NCBI GenBank assembly: GCA_964019425.1
Contig: OZ025780.1
Span: 1,364,001 to 1,428,000, forward strand
Direction of reading: 5' to 3'
Source: Flectonema sp. DT1601
Taxonomy: Eukaryota
DNA: 64,000 bases
The stretch's first letter is position 1; every line of letters starts with the position of its first letter. The notes below the pieces were generated by a model. The model was not told the DNA's origin. It did no database searches and saw nothing but the letters and a program-made list of their open reading frames with translations. The position numbers and the translations under genes are program-made. Below, one piece after another: positions 56,283 through 64,000 of the stretch.

Positions 56283-56523
56283 ATAAAAATATAACGCTCT
56301 ACAAAAAAAATATCAAGTGCTTAATTAAGGGGGAGAGAGAGTGTAACTGTGACCTTGAGATGCTGAACCTTATTTTTTACTTTCTTTCTTTCGTTCTTGT
56401 CAGAAGGAAAAAAAAAAAGAGGTAACACCCCTTAGTCTAATAGACCAAAGGACAAGATAGATGAATGTGACTAAAGTGATTTTGATGTACAGAAAATGTG
56501 CAATTTTTTTCCGAAACACAATT

Positions 56524-57328
56524 CTATCTCATGAGCTCTAGTTTTCGCTTTTCAGCGTCTTCTCTTTCTTCAGGTTCCACTGGCTCACCATCGAGCTTTG
56601 TAAGACCAGGAAGACGAACTAAAAGTTGTAAACGCCATTCTCTCTTTTCATGAGACTCGACTTTTCCTTCGCTACCAACGGTTTCATACCACAAAGGGTT
56701 GTTAATAAGTAAGATATCAGTCAATTGAGAGTTGTTATTGGATAATTTATCAACCTCGGTCCATTTTCCAATTAAATTGTTTGACATGTACAACACTTGA
56801 AGTGATCTAAGCTTATCTAAACCGCTCAACTTATCGATCATGTTGTATGATATCCAAAGTTCTCGTAGGTTGGGAAGATCCAAGTTTTCTAATTTCTTAA
56901 TTTTATTCCTTCCCAACGATAAGATCTCCAGGTTGGGAAGAGCGTTCAATCCAGGTCCAATCTTTTCAATACAGTTTGTGGACAATCTCAGAACCTGACA
57001 CTTCTTCAGCGTCTGTAATTCTTTATCCATTTTCTGAATCGGAGGTAATTTTCCATTACCACCCGCAAATAGTCTTACGTCTGTCTCTTCACATGCAACA
57101 GGTCTTAGTGGCTCAATGTACTCTGCATTTTTACCTCTTTCAAGATCACGTTCAACCTTCTCTTTTAGCTGTGGTTTGTTTGTTGTATTAATGGTCAGGT
57201 AGTACTTTTAATAATAAAAAAGGGAGGGGAAAAAAAAAAGGGAGGCATACCGAAATCTTGTTTTTTTCCCACTGGACATCTAGCCAATTTTCAATAGCTT
57301 CTTTGACTGATGTTGGTGGAAGTGCCAT
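56524..57328 (-). CDS. DNAL1: Axonemal outer-arm dynein light chain 1 (LRR protein), ~240 aa; exons 57251-57328 and 56524-57168
   Basis: TSVKEAIENW, PPIQKMD, LRLSTNCIEKI, LSLGRNKIKKL, LRELWISYN, LYMSNN and LTKLDG match LC1; one 82-nt phase-0 intron. Confidence 0.92.
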
Positions 57329-57623
57329 GTTGCTGGGATTACTGTGGTGAAGAAAAAGAAAATTTTTTTTTCGCATGTAAATAGTTGGGATAACTTTTTT
57401 TTTTTTTTTTAAGAGTAAAAACGAAATAGATTATGAAGATTATGTCTGTCTACGTTTTCGGTGGTCATCCCAAAGATGATATTATTTTTTTTTTTTAAAT
57501 TTTTTTTTTTTTTTATAAATGATGCGAAGCGATAGTACAGCTGTCTTTTTTATTACCCTTTTATTTTCCCTTCATTTCTTTATTATCGGCAAGCATGAAA
57601 CAACAACCAGGGTATGCAAAAAC

Positions 57624-60600
57624 TCACAGCTTAGATTGTTTGTGAATGACATCTTCTCGTGTTGTACCGATCAGGGATAAAATTGAGTCTTCCTCTTCGA
57701 GTGTTCTCATAAATTTTGGAACTGGCGGCGGTAATGACTCTCCAGAATGAGTTCTGATTCTATCTAAAAATAGCATCTCATCGTGGTAGACTTCGAATCG
57801 ATAAGCAACTCTAATATCAGGAACATGTGTCTTTAAAACATTATTACACAATGAAGAATCAAACATGTAGTAATCACCTCCCCAATTTCGTTTGATTGAT
57901 GGCGGAAATCCACTTTGACGAGTGCTGTTACGAGCTATTTCACATAAATCAGTTGAAGATAATCGCCACAACTTTCCAGCTACAGAATATTCCTCTACAA
58001 GAGGTTCTTGAGTGTGATGAAAGAACAACGGATCATCAGTTGACAGAGAGACGTTTAATCCTCTTTTAAAGAAATCAAGAAACGGACTTTGTTCCAAATC
58101 CAAAAACAAACTATTATTGGATAACGGACTCAACGCAATAGGAATCTGAGTCAGGTAATACAAATATTGTAAAGGAGGACTCAATCTCAACTGGATACCG
58201 TGAGATATACCGCATGCAGTTAGGTACGACGCTGCTAAGTGTTTCGGGTCACCACACTCACCGCTGTGTGGTCTAAACGACAACAAAGACTGACCTTTTG
58301 AAGCTCTGTATATGTTAAGAGCTTTGATATTCTCACTTATATAAAACATCCAATATGCATATGGTGGGTTCTCTAACTCACACCATTCGTGTGGAGTACG
58401 AGAGTCAAGTGGTGCATCGATGACATCCTCTGAATCAACACAATCAAATCCACTTGTGTGTCTTAAAAAGTGATCCAATTGAGGGTGTTTACCCGGGTTA
58501 GCTGAAGCATCCCATAGAGGACTGAATATGTTGTGAAGAACATCGGCAAAGCAATTAACACTTTTATTCTTTCGAAGAATAAAATATAATCTCGGGATTT
58601 GAATAAGCCAAGTGTTCTTATGACTTCCCATACCATTAGTGCTGTGCCATGCGGCAAGTTTTTCCCACTCGTCGATAGAACGTCCGTAGATTGAAATACG
58701 TGATTCAGAATAGTGATTCTTAGCCATTTGTTTAAAGGTTCTTTTGATGAGTTCAGCAAAGTATCGACCTTCTAAAACATCTGTTGAGAATTCATTTTGT
58801 TTTGAATCAGTTTTTAGAAATATAGTTCTGAGATCAGCCTTCCCTAAAGGGGAATACTTACTATTAAAGTTATCAAATCGTTCAAACACAGAAGAGTCTG
58901 CTTGCACACCAAGACTGGCGACGGATAAGTCTTCAGAAGTCACGTTCATTTTTTTCATTAAATCAGAAAGTGTCACCACTCGTTTATGTCCATTCTTGTC
59001 TGATTGTACAGAGATTACGTCGTCGCCTTGCAATTCGAGTTTTTCTCTGATGAATTGCAATAAATCCGATGCAGTCATTCCAGCAGCCATATGTACGTGA
59101 GTATCAACTTTAACACACTGATAGAAGTCTCTGTGATCTTGAACCTTAACAGCTCTTCCAACGGCATCGAATCCAGTCTCTTCAAGTCTTCTTAGTGAGG
59201 TGTGGATGTCGTATTTGTTGCCCAACATTAGTAAACGCCGTCGACAGAATTCTATGACCTCCGGTCGAGAAATAGTTTTACATACTTGTTCATAGTCTTT
59301 ACAAAAGGTATGATATTTTTGAATTTCCTGCTCAGGCTGTGCGACATTATCACAACCAAACACACCCGTCTTTTTAAACAGCTGTAAAGCTAAGACGGGA
59401 TCTACCTCAGGTAAAGGATCATTTGTGTATTGTTCTTTTACTATTGGGATTGTTCGGTCTTTGAGTGAAACTTGAAATTCTGTTCGACGCTTTCTAATCA
59501 TCAAAAGAGTTCTTAGCTGCTCAGCAGCTGATGATAATTGAGATGTTGGTATCTCTACAGGACCGTTGATATCGAGTCGACCGAGTTGAATGTAAGCTTC
59601 TGTTTCGCGATGACGTTTTTCATACGATGACTCCGCAGCATTTGATAAAGACCTCGCAACGAAACGTTGACATGAAGTTCTTAATAATTCATGTTCTGAT
59701 TGTAATGTCGATTGTCTAAAGAGTTGTCTTGCCTTTGGCAGTCTCTTTCTAATAAAGTTAACTGCTGAAGAAGAATCATCAACAATCCTAAACGAATGAA
59801 CAGCTGTTTCACACATATCCATCTCCGTAAGATGAAGCACATTACTCGCAACAGCGATTTCGAAATCTAACGAAGGAGCAACATACGATGATGATGATAC
59901 TTTTCGGTGTGGTTCTGCTTCCAAAACTACTCTCAACCCAATTGATAATAGTATCTTAATAGGATGATTCGCATACGTTCCCAACACCTCTCTCTCTGCT
60001 TTCGACTCTTTAATTGGACTCGCAGTAATATAAATTCCACTCAAATAGTAAACGTATTGCATGACCGTTACTTTACTTAGAATTATCGAATTTTGAATTT
60101 TACTACAAAGTAAAAACCCTCCGATGAGATGGTCTCTGTTGGTAGTTCGTACTGATAAAGATAACGGTTTCTGATGACCTGATCTATTCCTTAGCTCATT
60201 AATACTTGAAACATTGCACCAAATCGAATACAATAAAACTATATCGGGAACTGATGACGCAATGTCATTCACTGGATGTGAATACGGCAATTCAGGAAGT
60301 TCTGAATTCGCATACGACTCGATAGGTTCATAAATAACTTCTTCTATCCTATTAATGATCGAACCGTAGGTTTTATCACTTAACCAAAATGGCATAAAAA
60401 GTGATAACATATGCTCTCCAACAGACATTGTAGATGATGCTTTGATACATAATGAAAGTGGTTTTTTACTGTGTTGAGGCGACGTGATGATATCCATATC
60501 GTTCTTTGAAATAAAGAATGAATCTTTAACTTTTATGTGAATAATCTCGTGGAGGTCGACGAAGTCACTCGGTGCTGATTTTAACTCAAGCTGTGATATT

Positions 60601-61013
60601 AGTTTGTGTTGACAGTAAGGAATCTTTCCTGGATTATCTTGTTTACTTTTAGCGACTGATTGCCTTTCATGTTCTTTGTTAAGGTTTGCAAACATCGAAT
60701 ACTTTCTGTAAAGGATATCGAGTCTGTTTCGTGAAGCTGATCGACAGGCTCCGTCGTGTGAAGTTTCTCTCAATTGGAGAATATCCCTTCGAAGTTGCTG
60801 ATAAATATTTATATCAAGATGAGAATTATTTAATGCAATACAATAACCATCTCTTACTTTCCACTCTGTGCTTGATCCGAGTCTGGTTGCGCTTTGACAA
60901 CGGGCTACCCAAGATCTTCGCATCTCCATTAAGACTGCTATCTTCTTTGATGCAACTTCCATCTCTCTACCGCCATCGTCTCCAACAATACTAACGACGT
61001 GATATTCAGGCAT
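57624..61013 (-). CDS. AMP deaminase with an additional degenerate N-terminal deaminase-like domain, 1129 aa
   Basis: KVDTHVH, FERFDNFNSKYSP, FRPHSGE, LSPLSNNSLF and SLSTDDP motifs in the C-terminal half. Confidence 0.95.
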   Translation of the reverse strand: MPEYHVVSIVGDDGGREMEVASKKIAVLMEMRRSWVARCQSATRLGSSTEWKVRDGYCIALNNSHLDINIYQQLRRDILQLRETSHDGACRSASRNRLDILYRKYSMFANLNKEHERQSVAKSKQDNPGKIPYCQHKLISQLELKSAPSDFVDLHEIIHIKVKDSFFISKNDMDIITSPQHSKKPLSLCIKASSTMSVGEHMLSLFMPFWLSDKTYGSIINRIEEVIYEPIESYANSELPELPYSHPVNDIASSVPDIVLLYSIWCNVSSINELRNRSGHQKPLSLSVRTTNRDHLIGGFLLCSKIQNSIILSKVTVMQYVYYLSGIYITASPIKESKAEREVLGTYANHPIKILLSIGLRVVLEAEPHRKVSSSSYVAPSLDFEIAVASNVLHLTEMDMCETAVHSFRIVDDSSSAVNFIRKRLPKARQLFRQSTLQSEHELLRTSCQRFVARSLSNAAESSYEKRHRETEAYIQLGRLDINGPVEIPTSQLSSAAEQLRTLLMIRKRRTEFQVSLKDRTIPIVKEQYTNDPLPEVDPVLALQLFKKTGVFGCDNVAQPEQEIQKYHTFCKDYEQVCKTISRPEVIEFCRRRLLMLGNKYDIHTSLRRLEETGFDAVGRAVKVQDHRDFYQCVKVDTHVHMAAGMTASDLLQFIREKLELQGDDVISVQSDKNGHKRVVTLSDLMKKMNVTSEDLSVASLGVQADSSVFERFDNFNSKYSPLGKADLRTIFLKTDSKQNEFSTDVLEGRYFAELIKRTFKQMAKNHYSESRISIYGRSIDEWEKLAAWHSTNGMGSHKNTWLIQIPRLYFILRKNKSVNCFADVLHNIFSPLWDASANPGKHPQLDHFLRHTSGFDCVDSEDVIDAPLDSRTPHEWCELENPPYAYWMFYISENIKALNIYRASKGQSLLSFRPHSGECGDPKHLAASYLTACGISHGIQLRLSPPLQYLYYLTQIPIALSPLSNNSLFLDLEQSPFLDFFKRGLNVSLSTDDPLFFHHTQEPLVEEYSVAGKLWRLSSTDLCEIARNSTRQSGFPPSIKRNWGGDYYMFDSSLCNNVLKTHVPDIRVAYRFEVYHDEMLFLDRIRTHSGESLPPPVPKFMRTLEEEDSILSLIGTTREDVIHKQSKL

Positions 61014-63042
61014 TATGTATACCTGTTTTGATTTTAATCTGATAACGTCTAATAATAAAACAGTTCATATCCAATCGGGGAATACTTCTTATGGATCGTT
61101 ATAAGAGAAATAATAATAATAATAATCAGTTCATTTATTATATTTTTTTTTCCCCCTACGACAATCAGAACTTTTTTTGTGCTACCCCTCCGCCGCCTGA
61201 GGTGGGGGCTTCGGCAGAATGAATTTTTTTTTTTAAATATTTTTTTTTTTTTTTCTTCGTCTGTACCTGCATTAATTGCCATAGGGCTATTTTTCAGGGA
61301 AGTAGGAGGAGAGTATTATGATGCCCAGCTAAAGGTTGTTGAACGTTACTTAAAGACACCTCAATTTCATTTAGGTTGGTCAATCAGTGCAGGAGAGAGG
61401 GGCAGGGAGTGAAAAAAGAAAATATTGGAACGAAACCTATAACCTATTAGAACTGGTGAGTAGAATGGGGGTGCTTCTCTCACTTCAGAACACGCAATAT
61501 ATATGATCGCGTATGTTTGTGTGTGTGTTTTCTTTTTTTTTTTTTTTTTTTTGTTGTTGTCGAAAGGAACAGAAATTTTGCTACCTGTAGAATTTATTGC
61601 AGGGCATCTCAGAAAGAACAGAAGTATGTAACAGGTAATGTTTTTTCCACATATGATACACTTGCAAATTCAAAAGTATTTTTAAAACAAATAAAACCCT
61701 TTCAAGAATAGGTAAAAGAGAAAAAAAAAAAAAAAGAAGAAGACTTCTTTTAATCTTTTTTTTTTTGTTGTTGTTTTTTTTTTCAATTTTCTTGTCTTAA
61801 CAAACCGGAATAAATGGGCGAAGGGGAAAAAAAAAAAGAAAGGGGGGAAAAAAAAAATAATAGTAATATTAATAAAAAAGAGTAAAGGGGAAAATGGCAC
61901 AATAAAGAAATAAATAAAAATATAAAAAAAAAAAAACGTTCCCCCTACTCACAGTGAATAATTTTATACAAAGAAGACATCGTGGAATGGGAATAATAAC
62001 TCGCTAACAAAACGAAATCTCTTTTTCTTTTTTCTTTTTTTCCTCTCCTTTTTTTCTTCCTCGTCCTCTCCGACCCAAGGGAAATTAATATATCTCACTT
62101 CCATAGTGGATAGCTCAATTACCCAAACTTTTTTATTTATTTTCACAAAGTCTTGTCAAATACAAATAAAGGGAACTTCATGACTTCAAAAGAACCTACT
62201 AGTCATTGAGTGTCGCTTACCCACATGTTCTTAGGCAACTGGTGGTGCTGATTTCTTCTGAACGTCACCTTCACTAAGGGTTAGAGTCTTCGGGCCTTCG
62301 ATCACCTAATCAACTTGTCAATTTCACAGAGGAGGAAAATTTGTTAGCATGAAATTCTGTAGCAAGGTTGGGAAGGGAAGACGAAAAAAAAAAAGTGTCT
62401 TGACATTGCGCATTATCTCAAAAAAAAAAAAAATTGAACCGAAACGTAAAGTGGGGATGGTAAAAAAACAGTCATTCTGTTCCTTTATTAAATAAATACA
62501 CAGGACTGGGTAAAGTGGGGAAAGGGATATTTTCTGCTTTGTAACAAAATAGTGCTATTTTTTTTATTATTTTTTTTTTTTTCCCTTCCCAATTAATACG
62601 TGATACTGATTAACACCAAGCAAATATTTTTATGTAATTTTTAATAAAGGTAAATTCATCACAGTCATTTAATTGTATATTATTAATTACTTATGGAGAA
62701 TGCTTCGCATCGTAATTATTATTATTACGTTTTTTTTTTTTTTTTTTTTTCTTTTTCCTTAAGAAAAGGAGGGAGATGAAGGGAACGGAAGATAAAAAAA
62801 ATAAATAAATAAATAAATAAAACCGAATTAAGCAAAAAAAAGAAGGAAAATAAAACCTATTTTATCTCACATAAAAACAATCATATCCTTGCAAGACCAG
62901 AAATAATTTTTTTTTTTTTTTTCCATACCGACGCAGTCGGAAAAGAAACTTCAGCTCCAACGTTTCTTCTAACCTAACCAGATGAGCAGATGCGACGCTC
63001 AGCTATATGAAAATAACATCTCAGAAAGAGAGTCCTTAATAT

Positions 63043-64000
63043 CTACTCCCAGGTAAGTACTTTACAGGCATCGCGCTTCTCAGGCATATCCCAGTTCATC
63101 TGTTGTTGTTTTAGTGAATGGGGATATTTATATTTTCTGAAAGGCGTGTTTCCAATACAAAAAAAAAAAAAAAAAAAAAAACATACCATAAGCCAACCTC
63201 TTTCTGGGTGATAACACTCAACTGAATTCAATGGCCCTCCCTCATTAACATAAAAGCCTCCAGTTACGTATATTTTACCTTGGATTACAGTAGCTGTTGC
63301 ATTTGATCTAAGGGTTACCATTGAGGGTCCTTCAGACCATATTTGTGTTATTGGATTGAAACACTCAACAGAATTTAGTGCACCATCGCCATCAGAGCCT
63401 CCAATAACCCATAGCTTACCCTGTTTTGTTTTGTTTTTTTTTTTGAAATAAGTTTTGTCACGTTGGTTTTTAAAAAAAAAAAAAAAAAAAAACTACACAC
63501 CTGATATGATACAGCTGCAGGACACATTCTCTTTGTTGACATGGAAGGAAGGACACACCACTCATTCGTATCTGGATTAAAACTCTGTACAATTGATAAT
63601 ACTTTTTCACCAGGACTGTGTCTTCTCTGAGTTCCACCTATAACGTATATTAAATTACCGAGTGATATCGCTCCTAACTCACATGCTTCGAATGGCATTG
63701 CTGTGATAGATGAAGTATCAGCCCATGATTGTTGGATTGGATCATAACGTTCAACAGTCTGATATTCAATAGTCCCATTAAACCCTCCGAAGACGTAAAT
63801 ATATCCTTTGTGTACGGCACATGCAGGTGCTGAACGAATAGTTTTCATTGGTGGAAGGTGTTTCCAAGTATCTGTGATCGGATCGTAACACTCAGAACTG
63901 TCAAGGCGTTTACTTCCATTTCGTCCACCAAAAACGTAAACCCGTCTACAAAAAACTGCTGTTCCACAGTGATAACGCTCATCATTCATACTAGAAGCGC
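63043..64000 (-). CDS. Kelch-repeat protein, 5'-truncated by the window edge; exons 63501->64000, 63187-63420, 63043-63099
   Basis: Repeated VYVFGG...ECYDP...W...M Kelch blades; introns of 80 and 87 nt, the first of which restores the frame. Confidence 0.92.

Noticed and set aside
11600..63000. Many 60-140 aa ORFs rich in poly-Phe or poly-Lys in spacers
   Set aside because: Artefacts of poly-T/poly-A tracts with no domain signal.

Overview
AT-rich eukaryotic nuclear DNA with about 18 protein-coding genes, all on the minus strand, separated by homopolymer-rich spacers. A one-directional gene array, short GT-AG cis-introns, a tandem-domain AMP deaminase and a ubiquitin-like/DUF4116 protein point to a euglenozoan, probably diplonemid-like; the species cannot be named from the sequence. 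The ORF track misses the largest gene, a >2,900-aa secreted or surface protein (1..8785, running off the left edge) with a Ser/Thr mucin-like stalk and eight ~285-aa units of a Cys-rich module plus two SEA-like domains. Six genes can be rebuilt through 12 frame-restoring introns with a shared grammar: GTNTG donor, invariant ACAG acceptor, an A/C-rich rather than pyrimidine-rich 3' tract, and often a U-rich tract just after the donor. Other notable items: a poly-Q PPR protein with alternating A/B repeats, an M6PR/ATG27-type receptor with a PAN-like lumenal domain, a putative myristoylated PP1-docking microprotein, a 778-bp Tc1/mariner-type MITE with perfect 28-bp TIRs, decayed non-LTR retroelement fragments and several repeated hairpins. 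No rRNA, tRNA, snRNA, SL RNA or CRISPR array could be supported, and I found no multi-gene system I can confidently call new.
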